DNA of 64,000 bases, taken from assembly GCA_963771075.1 (NCBI GenBank), contig CAVYSE010000011.1:256001-320000 (forward strand), read 5' to 3'. The DNA comes from a candidate division FCPU426 bacterium (GTDB lineage Bacteria; Oederibacteriota; Muellerivitia; Muellerivitales; Muellerivitaceae). Made by a program: the position numbers and the translations under genes. Under the pieces are notes generated by a model, which was given only the letters and a program-made list of their open reading frames with translations, was not told the origin of the DNA and made no database searches. Shown here piece after piece: positions 54,228 through 63,251 of the stretch. Each line of letters opens with the position of its first letter. The stretch's first letter is position 1.

Positions 54228-56648
54228 ATGATCTATCGATTTCTAGCTTTGTTGGCTTTTTTGTCCTTTGCCGCCTTTTCGCCGGGTCCTCTTTGGGCCA
54301 CGGTGGACGGTGCTTTATCCGGAACCGTTTTAGATGACCAGGGCGTGGCGGTTCCCAACGCAAAAGTAACCATCACCGGAAACGGGACGGAAAAGGATTT
54401 AACTTCCTCGACCACCGGGGCTTTCCAGGTTTTCCCTTTGACGATTGGGGATTACCAGGTAAGTGTCCAAGCCGAGGGATTTAACCTTTACCAGGGGACC
54501 GTAGCGGTTTCAGGTAATTCCTCCTCACTGGAAGTTCGATTGTCACCAGCGGGGGAAATCCAAATGACGGTGAAGGCCAAGCGTCATTTGGTCACCCCCG
54601 CTTCCAACAGCAGCCGGGACCTGAACTCAGAGGACATTGCCCAGCTTCCCGAGGGGGCCACAACCAGTTTGCCCAAACTCCTTTACACCACTACCGCCGG
54701 ATTCGTGGAAGGGGATTTCGGCCAGGTCTTTACCCGTGGAAACCATGCCAATTTGCAGTACCAAATTGATGGTATCCAACTGCCTGATTCGGTCGGCGGT
54801 TCTTTCGGGGAAGCCTTCACGCCGGTCAATATTGACCATATGGAAATCTTGACCGGGGGCCTGGCTCCCGAGTTTGGAACCCGCATGGCCGGTGTAGTCA
54901 ATATTGTCACCAAGTCGGGCTCGACCGAGCCAGGTGGGGAAATCGGCTTGGATTACGGTTCTTACAACCAGACGACTTCTTACGCCAATTACGGCGGTGC
55001 GGACGCTTCCGGCGCGTTTCATTATTTTCTATCGGCCAATGCCTTCTCGACCGACCGGGGGCTGGATACGCCCGCTCCAGCCGATATCAACAACGACCAG
55101 AACGGCGGAAGCGAACAAGCCATCCACGACAAGAGCTATGGTTCGGATGGCTTCCTGAAACTCGATTATGTCGCGGATAACATGGACAAACTCGTGCTAG
55201 TAGCTTTCAGCGAGAACAAGTTTTACCAGATTCCCGACGACGACAGTTCTTTCGATCCTGGCGGTTCCAACTTTGCCTACTTCCAGGGACTCACGGATAC
55301 CTACGGGAACGGACCCTTCAACTATGTGCCTTCCACGACGAACGATACCCAATCGGAGGCGAACAAGTACGTTGAATTCGCTTGGAAGCACACCTTCGAC
55401 GAAAACTCGTTCATTCAAATAGCGCCTTATTGGAAGGAGTCGAACCTTACCTTCACCAACGATCCTTCCAATGACGTGGCGGCGGCGCAGGATAACGCGC
55501 TGGCCACACAATTAGGGAGTATCACCGAATCTTCTTTCTCGGAGAACCGCACCAGCGACAACTACGGGACACAGGTGGACTACACCTGGCATGCCGATTC
55601 GAACAATCTCATCAAGGCGGGAGGACAGTTTCTTTTGACCCAATCCTCGGGCCCTGTTTCGGTCATGGAGGTTACGAATTCAGGTGGCGGTCCCAGCACT
55701 ACCGCCAGTTCCGACAATTCCACCGATACCGGCTACCAAGAAGGGATTTATGTTCAGGACGAACTGACCTTAGCCAAATGGCTGGTGGTGAATGGAGGCA
55801 TCCGTTTTGATGCCACCCAATTCGTTTTTCCCGATACCACTTCCACTGATAGCAATTGGGGACCACGAATCGGTATTAGTCTTCTTCCCACTGAATCCAC
55901 GAAGTTCCACGTCTTTTACGGCAAGCTCTTCATGCCTGCCCCGGCGGAAGACTTGCGGGACACTTTCGTCAACCTGGGTCAAGGGAACCAATTGGCCCCC
56001 TATGACATTAAGGCCGAGAAGGACGATTACTTCGAGGCGGGTGTGGCCCAGCAGGCGGGGGAACAGCTTTTCACCCTCAACACCTACTATAAGTACGCTA
56101 CGAATATGTTGGACGAGACACAACTTTTGAATACGGCCATCGCCCAGCCCTACAACTTCGCTACTGGCTACGCCTATGGCGTGGAGTTTTCCATGCGGGG
56201 CAAGATCGACAAGGATTGGTCGGAATTTGCCAATTATTCCTATGAGATCGCCGAAGGTCAGGGGATCAGCGGGGGGCTCTTTGCCTTCCCAGCCGGGACT
56301 GACTTCGAGCCGGGCGTCTACCAGTTCCTTGACCACTGCCAGATCCACACCGCCAACGGGGGTTTGACTTATAACCCCGGGGATGTCTGGATCACGGCTG
56401 AAGGCTTGTTCGGCGGTGGATTGAGTACAGGCCCGAATAATTCTTTACGACTTCCGTCCCACTTCACGGCGGACCTGACCCTGGGTTACGCGTTCAAGAA
56501 AGACAGCGGGCTTTCGGGCATGAAGGCGAGCCTGGACGTGTTGAACGTTTTCGACAACCCCTACACCATCTTCATTGACAACGGGTACAACGGAAACCAT
56601 TACGAGAACGGCCGGGAGTTCATTTTCCATTTGGCCAAGGAGATTTAA
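54228..56648 (+). CDS. TonB-dependent receptor with N-terminal carboxypeptidase-like domain
   Basis: GTVLDDQGVAVPNAKV; plug TRG...YQIDG...GG..PEFG..AGVVNIVTKSG; LNVFDNPY...GR. Confidence 0.92.
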   Translation: MIYRFLALLAFLSFAAFSPGPLWATVDGALSGTVLDDQGVAVPNAKVTITGNGTEKDLTSSTTGAFQVFPLTIGDYQVSVQAEGFNLYQGTVAVSGNSSSLEVRLSPAGEIQMTVKAKRHLVTPASNSSRDLNSEDIAQLPEGATTSLPKLLYTTTAGFVEGDFGQVFTRGNHANLQYQIDGIQLPDSVGGSFGEAFTPVNIDHMEILTGGLAPEFGTRMAGVVNIVTKSGSTEPGGEIGLDYGSYNQTTSYANYGGADASGAFHYFLSANAFSTDRGLDTPAPADINNDQNGGSEQAIHDKSYGSDGFLKLDYVADNMDKLVLVAFSENKFYQIPDDDSSFDPGGSNFAYFQGLTDTYGNGPFNYVPSTTNDTQSEANKYVEFAWKHTFDENSFIQIAPYWKESNLTFTNDPSNDVAAAQDNALATQLGSITESSFSENRTSDNYGTQVDYTWHADSNNLIKAGGQFLLTQSSGPVSVMEVTNSGGGPSTTASSDNSTDTGYQEGIYVQDELTLAKWLVVNGGIRFDATQFVFPDTTSTDSNWGPRIGISLLPTESTKFHVFYGKLFMPAPAEDLRDTFVNLGQGNQLAPYDIKAEKDDYFEAGVAQQAGEQLFTLNTYYKYATNMLDETQLLNTAIAQPYNFATGYAYGVEFSMRGKIDKDWSEFANYSYEIAEGQGISGGLFAFPAGTDFEPGVYQFLDHCQIHTANGGLTYNPGDVWITAEGLFGGGLSTGPNNSLRLPSHFTADLTLGYAFKKDSGLSGMKASLDVLNVFDNPYTIFIDNGYNGNHYENGREFIFHLAKEI

Positions 56649-56666
56649 AGACAACGACGAGGCTTA

Positions 56667-56836
56667 TTCACCGCCACGATGCGTCCCCTTCGGGGACAGG
56701 CTTGCATCGCGCCAAGAACGACAAAAAAACTTTAAGGTTTAAGTCTTACGGCATAACAAATCAATTTTGCTGTTAATCCAAAACGGTGCTGTTTTCTTAA
56801 CGATTCACTTGGCGTACTTGGCGTCTTGGCGGTGAA
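56667..56836. repeat. CCGCCA/CTTGGCG inverted-repeat element with nested hairpin
   Basis: TTCACCGCCA ... CTTGGCGTACTTGGCGTCTTGGCGGTGAA; inner GTCCCC-TTCG-GGGAC. Confidence 0.72.
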
Positions 56837-56863
56837 AATTTTCTGGTGTGAAAGGTAAAAACA

Positions 56864-57499
56864 ATGAGCGGTTTATTCGAGGGTTTTACATTCATCTTCC
56901 GGGGCGGTTTCATGATGATTCCCCTCCTGATTTCCTCCCTGATCGCCTTGACGGTGATCATCGAGCGCTGGAAAGCCTATTCAAAGCGGTATATCACCCC
57001 GAAGGGCTTCATCAACGAAGTGTTGGACAAGGCCCTGACGGGCAAGGTTCCCGAGGCCGTTAAAGCCTGCGAGGGAAGAATGATCCCCGTGGCGGCGGTG
57101 TTGAAGGCCGGGCTGGAGCATTTCAAGAGTCCCATGGAGGAAATGGAAATCTCCATGAAGAACGCGGGAGAAAGCTGGGTACCCCGCCTGGAAAAATACG
57201 TCCACATCCTCGACACCACGATCACCATCGCGCCCTTGATGGGGCTTCTGGGCACCATCATCGGCATGATGGGCTCCTTTAAGGTATTAACCCAGAGCGG
57301 GGTGGACGACCCCTATTCCATCACTGGGGGTATCGCCGAGGCCCTGATCGCCACGGCCACCGGACTCGTCATCGCGCTGGTTTGCGTGATCGCGCATAAC
57401 TATTACAACACGCTCATCAAGAACTTCATCTATGAGATGGAATCCGCCGGTTCCAGGCTTTTGGAAGCCCGTATGGCCGCCGAAAGAAGGAAAAGCTGA
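56864..57499 (+). CDS. exbB: ExbB/MotA/TolQ proton channel
   Basis: APLMGLLGTIIGM, GIAEALIATATGL. Confidence 0.9.
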   Translation: MSGLFEGFTFIFRGGFMMIPLLISSLIALTVIIERWKAYSKRYITPKGFINEVLDKALTGKVPEAVKACEGRMIPVAAVLKAGLEHFKSPMEEMEISMKNAGESWVPRLEKYVHILDTTITIAPLMGLLGTIIGMMGSFKVLTQSGVDDPYSITGGIAEALIATATGLVIALVCVIAHNYYNTLIKNFIYEMESAGSRLLEARMAAERRKS

Positions 57500-57524
57500 T
57501 GAAAATACTGAACGAATTTTTTCT

Positions 57525-57624
57525 CACCCTCACCCCGGCCCTCTCCCGTCAAGGGAGAGGGAGTAAAACACGCGTTGAATTCAATTCCCCTCTCCCCTTG
57601 AGGGAGAGGGATAGGGTGAGGGGT
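57525..57624. repeat. CCCTCTCCC/GGGAGAGGG palindromic element
   Basis: CACCCTCACCCCGGCCCTCTCCC..GGGAGAGGG ... CCCTCTCCC..GGGAGAGGGATAGGGTGAGGGG between exbB and exbD. Confidence 0.8.
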
Positions 57625-57656
57625 GCCTTTTCACGGCCACTCTTGGGGGTGTGCTG

Positions 57657-58067
57657 ATGCAAATACGCCAAAGGCCGCTCAAAAGGGTCCGCATCGAGAT
57701 CATCCCCATGATCGACGTGATCTTCTTTCTGCTGGTGTTCTTTATGGTGACGTCCCTCGCAATGACCCGCATTAACAGCGTCAAGGTCCTGCTCCCCAAG
57801 ATGTCGGGCAAGGCCGAGAACATGAAGCAAAACATCATATTGACCGTCAAGAAGGATGGGTCCCTGCTCATCAACAAAACCTCCGTGACCCTGGACACCC
57901 TTGGCAGCCAACTGGCCTACCAGATGCAGGCCAACCCCCAGGACGTGGTGATCATCAACGCGGATGAGGGCGTGGGTTACGGCCAAGTGGTGGAGGCCAT
58001 GAACAAGGCCAAGGAAGTGGGGGTGCGCAGGTTCGCCCTCGTGGCCGAGGCGGATAAAGACAAATGA
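57657..58067 (+). CDS. exbD: ExbD biopolymer transporter
   Basis: IIPMIDVIFFLLVFFMVT, INAD...YG.VV. Confidence 0.9.
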   Translation: MQIRQRPLKRVRIEIIPMIDVIFFLLVFFMVTSLAMTRINSVKVLLPKMSGKAENMKQNIILTVKKDGSLLINKTSVTLDTLGSQLAYQMQANPQDVVIINADEGVGYGQVVEAMNKAKEVGVRRFALVAEADKDK

Positions 58068-58669
58068 CCACCTTTGACGAATATTCGAGCCTGGACCAGG
58101 ATGCCAAGAGACTCCGGCAGGCCGCTACGTGGGCGGTGGTTTTGGAAGCTTTGGTTTTTATCGCACTAGACCTGGGGCACCTTCCGTTTTTGCGGAATCC
58201 CTTTAACTCCACAGATTATGTCGAGGCCCAAATCATCCAGTTACCCCCCAATGCCCATTTGACCGGGGCGCAGGCAGTCAAAGATGAGGATGAAGTAGTT
58301 TTCAGTCACAAGGAAAACCACCGGAAGAAGGCTGAAAAAAAGGCACCGCCGAAAACAGCCGAACCCCAAAACCAAGTTGAAGCGGGGCCGTCTCTTGGGC
58401 CCACCCATGGGCCCGTGGCTTTTTACGCCCCCGCACCGGTGATTCCAACTTATCTCCGGGACCAGAATTTGAAAACCAGCGTGGTGATCGAATTCCTCAT
58501 CACCGCCCAGGGACAGGTTACGCCCCGGCTATTGGATTCCAGCGGAAATGACGAGCTGGACGCCATCGCCCTGAAAACCGCTTCGAAGTGGCAGTTCAAG
58601 CCCGCAGCCAAGGATAATACGCCCGTTGATTCCAAGACCCGGCTGAGGATATTGTTTGAGGTGTCTTGA
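58064..58669 (+). CDS. tonB: TonB energy transducer
   Basis: N-terminal TM, Lys/Pro linker, SSGNDELD..A...WQFKPA. Confidence 0.85.
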   Translation: MTTFDEYSSLDQDAKRLRQAATWAVVLEALVFIALDLGHLPFLRNPFNSTDYVEAQIIQLPPNAHLTGAQAVKDEDEVVFSHKENHRKKAEKKAPPKTAEPQNQVEAGPSLGPTHGPVAFYAPAPVIPTYLRDQNLKTSVVIEFLITAQGQVTPRLLDSSGNDELDAIALKTASKWQFKPAAKDNTPVDSKTRLRILFEVS

Positions 58670-58681
58670 ACAGGGGGGAAG

Positions 58682-59641
58682 ATGCATACCGAAAACCTGA
58701 GCGCCTGGACCCACGAGCACGTTTACACCGGGCAAAATACCCATGCCGAGAACAGCACCAGGATTGTGGCCGCCATTACGGCCACGATGATGGTGGTGGA
58801 AATCGTGGCGGGGTGGCTATTGAATTCCATGGCTCTCCTGGCCGACGGCTGGCACATGAGTTCCCATACCCTGGCCATCGGCTTAAGCGCCCTGGCCTAT
58901 GCCCAGGCTCGCCGCCAGGCCACGGACGCCCGCTACGCCTTCGGCACCTGGAAGATTGAGGTTTTGGCCGGTTACACCAGCGCGGTCCTCTTAATGGTCA
59001 TCGCAGGCCTAATGGTTTGGGGTTCCATCGGCAACCTGATCACCCCCAAACCCATCCATTTCGCCCAGGCCATCCCCATCGCCATCGTGGGTTTGACGGT
59101 CAACATCGTTTGCGCGTTGATATTGGGTAATGCCCACCACCATGGACATGATCACGGCGACGGGCACGAACATTCCCATGATCCCGGTGATGACGCTCAC
59201 CACGATTTGAACCTCAAGTCGGCCTATATCCACGTGGCCGTGGATGCCGCCACCTCGGTGTTGGCGGTCCTTGCCCTGACCGGCGGGCTTTACCTGGGTT
59301 GGGTCTGGCTCGATCCGATCATGGGCATGGTTGGCGCGGGGGTGGTGTCGCTTTGGGCTTGGGGGCTGATCCGGGAAACCGGGAAGGTTCTCCTGGACCG
59401 CGAAATGGACCGGCCGGTCGTGGCTGAAATTAGGGAGGTGGTCGAGAAACACCCCGAATGGTCGAAATCGACCCGCATTTCCGACCTGCATGTTTGGCGA
59501 GTGGGGAAAGAAAACTATTCCTGCGTGTTAAGTCTGGTAACCGACGACCAGGGCCTGACCCCCCAGGCGGTCAAGGCTGCCTTAGCCCAGCACGAGGAAA
59601 TTTCCCACGTCAGCGTAGAAATCAATCTCTGCCCTCATTGA
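58682..59641 (+). CDS. dmeF: CDF-family Co/Ni/Zn efflux transporter (DmeF-like)
   Basis: SMALLADGWHMSSH, His-rich loop, NLKSAYIHV..DA, DLHVW. Confidence 0.85.
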   Translation: MHTENLSAWTHEHVYTGQNTHAENSTRIVAAITATMMVVEIVAGWLLNSMALLADGWHMSSHTLAIGLSALAYAQARRQATDARYAFGTWKIEVLAGYTSAVLLMVIAGLMVWGSIGNLITPKPIHFAQAIPIAIVGLTVNIVCALILGNAHHHGHDHGDGHEHSHDPGDDAHHDLNLKSAYIHVAVDAATSVLAVLALTGGLYLGWVWLDPIMGMVGAGVVSLWAWGLIRETGKVLLDREMDRPVVAEIREVVEKHPEWSKSTRISDLHVWRVGKENYSCVLSLVTDDQGLTPQAVKAALAQHEEISHVSVEINLCPH

Positions 59642-59822
59642 TCTTTCTGGTATGGGACAAGGTGCGATGCGTGTTGCGGGATAAAATAAAGCAATTCTAA
59701 TCCGGGCGAGGGGATGGCTTTCACGGTGAACGGCTTCAAATTCAATGGATGGGGATAAAAAAAACGCCAGAGCCGAATGAAGTTTCGGACTCTGGCGATG
59801 AAAACTTAGCGGCTTGAGGCTA

Positions 59823-60074
59823 TTAAAGGGTCTGTTTGCGTTGTGTACCCTGGGCGATCATCCCGATGATGAACCAAGCATCGCACGCCAGCATGGCCAC
59901 GCAATAGATCGAAGCGACCCAGGCGAAGATCGTGTGTTGATCCCATAACAGGCTCCAGGCCTGTGAAATCGTTGTGTTGGGATCCTGCGAAAGGCCCATT
60001 AAGCCTGCGGCGACCATCACGATTCCCGCCACGGTCAGCATCCCCATCACCGTTAACATCTGTGATTTTTTCAT
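59823..60074 (-). CDS. 83-aa 2-TM membrane protein
   Basis: GGAGG RBS; protein-level conservation with the paralog at 53135-53386. Confidence 0.75.
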   Translation of the reverse strand: MKKSQMLTVMGMLTVAGIVMVAAGLMGLSQDPNTTISQAWSLLWDQHTIFAWVASIYCVAMLACDAWFIIGMIAQGTQRKQTL

Positions 60075-60495
60075 GACTACCTCCCTCACTTGACGAATGT
60101 CTTTTTTTTATGAAAGACCCCCGGGGTCTTCCGGCTTAAGGATTTTTCCCTCGTGTTTGTTCCTAACGAAAGAATAACACCCCTAACGATTTATTAACAA
60201 GATGGATTGTCCATCCAACGCCCCATCCGGAATATGACGGTGGTCACGAGCGCGCTTAAAATTAAAAACGCGGATAAAAATATTTTTTTCTCCATCAGCT
60301 TCACCGCAAAAACAAAAGATCAAATCGTAGTTATTAGTAAATCGTTAGGTTTTTGTTAGGCCCTACTTTTTTGTATTTACGTTGATTCTCCCTAAAAAAA
60401 TATTTTTCGGAACCCTTTTTTTACCCCCGAAAGACCCATGTCCGTAGGGTGCAAAGCCGTTTCTTTGGGGTACTGCCTTAACAAAATCCTTCATT

Positions 60496-60561
60496 TTAAT
60501 TTTTCCCTTATTTTTGTCGGTCCTCTCTTAACGGCATCCATATCCCCTTTAGCCGTAATGT
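60496..60561 (+). promoter_or_regulatory. Putative KdpE-dependent promoter of the kdp operon
   Basis: TTAAT-N6-CTTAT (60496); TTAAC-N6-CATAT (60528, 32 bp later); 12 bp; TAATGT; closely resembles 24947-25012. Confidence 0.7.
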
Positions 60562-60619
60562 TTCTACGACAAGGCGATCCGATCGATTTTGACGTTAAGG
60601 ACCGCTGAAGGAGGATGAC

Positions 60620-60793
60620 ATGACACGGATACTGTTTTTAATGGCGCCGGTGATTTGGGGTGGATTGGTGTTGGGCCTAGGTTACCTTGCTACCTTGGAA
60701 CGCAAATGGGCGCTGAAACAGGATGGGTTGGAAATGAACCAGGTGGTCGTTAATTCCGAATTGAACGATAGGACACAGGGATTTATTTCGTAA
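60620..60793 (+). CDS. 57-aa single-TM peptide leading the kdp operon (MTRILFLMAPVIWGGLVLGLGYLATLERKW...)
   Basis: AAGGAGG RBS; TM followed by LERK. Confidence 0.7.
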   Translation: MTRILFLMAPVIWGGLVLGLGYLATLERKWALKQDGLEMNQVVVNSELNDRTQGFIS

Positions 60794-60809
60794 AAAGTGG
60801 AGGTGGGAA

Positions 60810-60908
60810 ATGCTCGAACTTTATTGCGTTGGAATATTCCTGGCGTTGGCAGCGTCAACCGTCTGGTTGATCGGCGCCCTGGACAAGATGATGGGAGGCG
60901 AGTCATGA
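60810..60908 (+). CDS. 32-aa single-TM peptide MLELYCVGIFLALAASTVWLIGALDKMMGGES
   Basis: GGAGG RBS; ATGA overlap with the kdpF start. Confidence 0.75.
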   Translation: MLELYCVGIFLALAASTVWLIGALDKMMGGES

Positions 60909-60994
60909 GTTTGGTCTACATCATTAGCGGCATCGTGTCCGCCGGGCTCTTGGTTTACCTGGTGGCGGCGCTCCTAAAACCAGAGTGGTTTTGA
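60905..60994 (+). CDS. kdpF: K+-transporting ATPase subunit F
   Basis: MSLVYIISGIVSAGLLVYLVAALLKPEWF; YL..ALL.PE.F signature. Confidence 0.9.
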   Translation: MSLVYIISGIVSAGLLVYLVAALLKPEWF

Positions 60995-61063
60995 CCACTA
61001 GCTCGCAGTCCGCAGTTCGCAGTCGACAGCCAACCATCTAAAGCAAAAAAATGGAGAAAACAG

Positions 61064-62855
61064 ATGACGACGAATCAATGGGTTCAAATACTCTTTTATT
61101 TTGGGGCGCTTCTGGCCCTGTCGCTGCCCTTGGGCGCTTACATGGCGAAGGTTTACGAGAACAAGCCTTTCTTCCTTTCCAAGTGGTTCGGTTGGCTGGA
61201 AAGGCTGGTCTACCGGCTTTGCGGGGTCAAGCCGGAAGAAGAGATGGATTGGAAAAGCTACGCCCTGGCCATGCTGCTCTTCAACATCGTGGGAGGGCTC
61301 ATCCTCTACGCCATCGAGCGTTTCCAGGCGTCCCTGCCTTTGAACCCGGCGGCCCAAAGCGCGGTGCCGCCCGACCTGGCCTTTAACACGGCCATCAGTT
61401 TCATCACCAACACCAACTGGCAGTTCTACGGCGGGGAAACCACCATGAGCTACCTGACCCAAATGGCGGGCTTGGCCGTGCACAACTTTCTTTGCGCGGC
61501 GTCGGGAATGGCGACCCTGGTCGCCCTGATCCGGGGCCTCGTTCGGAAAGAAACGAAGTTCCTGGGCAACTTCTGGGCCGATATGACCCGGGGTACTCTC
61601 TATATCCTCCTGCCCTTGAGTCTTTTATTCGCATTAGTCTTGGTCCAACAAGGCGCACCCCAAACCTTCAGTAATAACGCCACGGCCACCTTGGTTCAGC
61701 CGACCTCCTATGACCAGCCGGTCACCACTGCGGCGGGCGTGCCGGTGACGTTGGACGGCAAACCCCAAATGACTCATGTGGTCGTGACCGATCAGTCCAT
61801 CGCCCTGGGGCCCGTGGCATCCCAGGAAGCCATCAAGATGCTGGGCACCAACGGCGGGGGTTTCTTCAACGTGAATTCGGCCCACCCCTACGAGAACCCC
61901 ACGCCCCTTACGGATTTACTCGAGCTTTTGGCCATCCTTTGGATACCGGCGGCCCTTTGCTTCACCTTCGGGACCATGGTGAAGGACATGAAGCAGGGCT
62001 GGGCCATCTTGGCTGCCATGTTCCTCCTGCTGGCGCCCATGCTTTACCTTTGCGTCCAACAGGAACAATCGGGAAATCCCGCTACTCAATAAACTCACGG
62101 CGGGAGCCCATGGGGCGGCCTTGGCCGACGGTAATATGGAAGGCAAGGAAGTGCGGTTCGGCGTCGCGGGTTCTTGCCTTTGGGCCTCGGTGACGACCGC
62201 CGCCTCCAACGGGTCCGTCAACTCCATGCACGATTCTTTTACGCCCCTGGGGGGAATGGTTCCAATGTGGATGATCATGCTGGGGGAAGTTTCCTTCGGC
62301 GGGGTCGGTTCGGGCCTCTACGGCATGCTGGCCTTCGTCATCCTGGCGGTTTTCGTGGCGGGACTCATGGTGGGCCGCACCCCCGAATACCTGGGTAAGA
62401 AGATCCAGACCTACGAGATGAAGATGGCCTCCATCATGATCCTGATCCCCCCCCTCCTGGTGTTGGTTTGCACGGCAGTGGCGGTGGCGACCGGCGGGGC
62501 GGGCACCAACAACCCCGGAGCCCATGGTTTTTCAGAGCTTCTTTACGCCTTTGATTCCCAATCGAATAACAACGGGAGCGCCTTCGCAGGCCTTTCGGGG
62601 AACACTCTCTACAATCTCATGGGCGGGGCCGCCATGTGGTTCGGCCGGTTTTGGCTGGCCATCCCGGTTTTGGCCATGGCGGGAAGCCTGGCGAAAAAGA
62701 AGATCGTCCCCGAGAGCGCGGGGACCCTGCCGACTCACACGGCCCTTTTCATCGTGATGCTCTTTTCAACGGTCATCATCGTGGGCGCCTTGACCTTTTT
62801 CCCAGCGCTGGCCCTGGGGCCGATCGTGGAACACTTGAAAATGATGAAGATGTAA
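61064..62855 (+). CDS. kdpA: K+-transporting ATPase subunit A (one apparent extra C near 62078)
   Basis: [35 protein letters not shown]; removing one C in AATCCCGCTA restores GNPLLNKL...GNMEGKE. Confidence 0.93.
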
Positions 62856-62867
62856 ATGAAAACCAAC

Positions 62868-62961
62868 ATCCAACGCAAAGACGCCAAGTCTCCAAGAAAG
62901 GCTTAGAGAGATTTTTTATTTTAAAAGAATTTCAGATTCTTTTTGCGGCTTGGCGTTGGAT
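62868..62961. repeat. CCAACGC/GCGTTGG inverted-repeat element
   Basis: ATCCAACGCAAAGACGCCAAG ... TTTGCGGCTTGGCGTTGGAT; shares AAAACCAACATCCAACGC with 46460-46477. Confidence 0.7.
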
Positions 62962-62983
62962 TTAGGTGTTTGGGAGTTTGCAC

Positions 62984-63250
62984 ATGTTGACTGTAGAAAA
63001 GGAAATGATTGGCCTGTTGATGAAGGGGGCCTCCAATCAGTTGGAGAACATCCAAGTTTCCTTTTTCCTAGTGGCTTGGTCCACGCTTTTATTGGCCGTA
63101 CTAAGGATGGTTCGCAATGAAAAAGAAAAGGGGAGTTTCGTCCAGGCGAAGGACCTCAAAAGCCTCGCCCAGGATTACGCGAAAAGGTCGGAAACGGAAA
63201 CCGGCGGCAGTTACGCGGGAGCCCGAAGCGCCGAAAAGAGGAGAAATTAA
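62984..63250 (+). CDS. Small single-TM protein between kdpA and kdpB
   Basis: GGGAG RBS; VSFFLVAWSTLLLAVL; stop lies 1 nt before the kdpB ATG. Confidence 0.55.
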   Translation: MLTVEKEMIGLLMKGASNQLENIQVSFFLVAWSTLLLAVLRMVRNEKEKGSFVQAKDLKSLAQDYAKRSETETGGSYAGARSAEKRRN

Positions 63251-63251
63251 A

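Noticed and set aside
60420..60480. c-di-GMP-I or c-di-AMP riboswitch upstream of kdp
   Set aside because: Only a GCAAAGCC fragment resembles the motif; the tetraloop/receptor and other conserved blocks are absent, and it lies upstream of the inferred promoter
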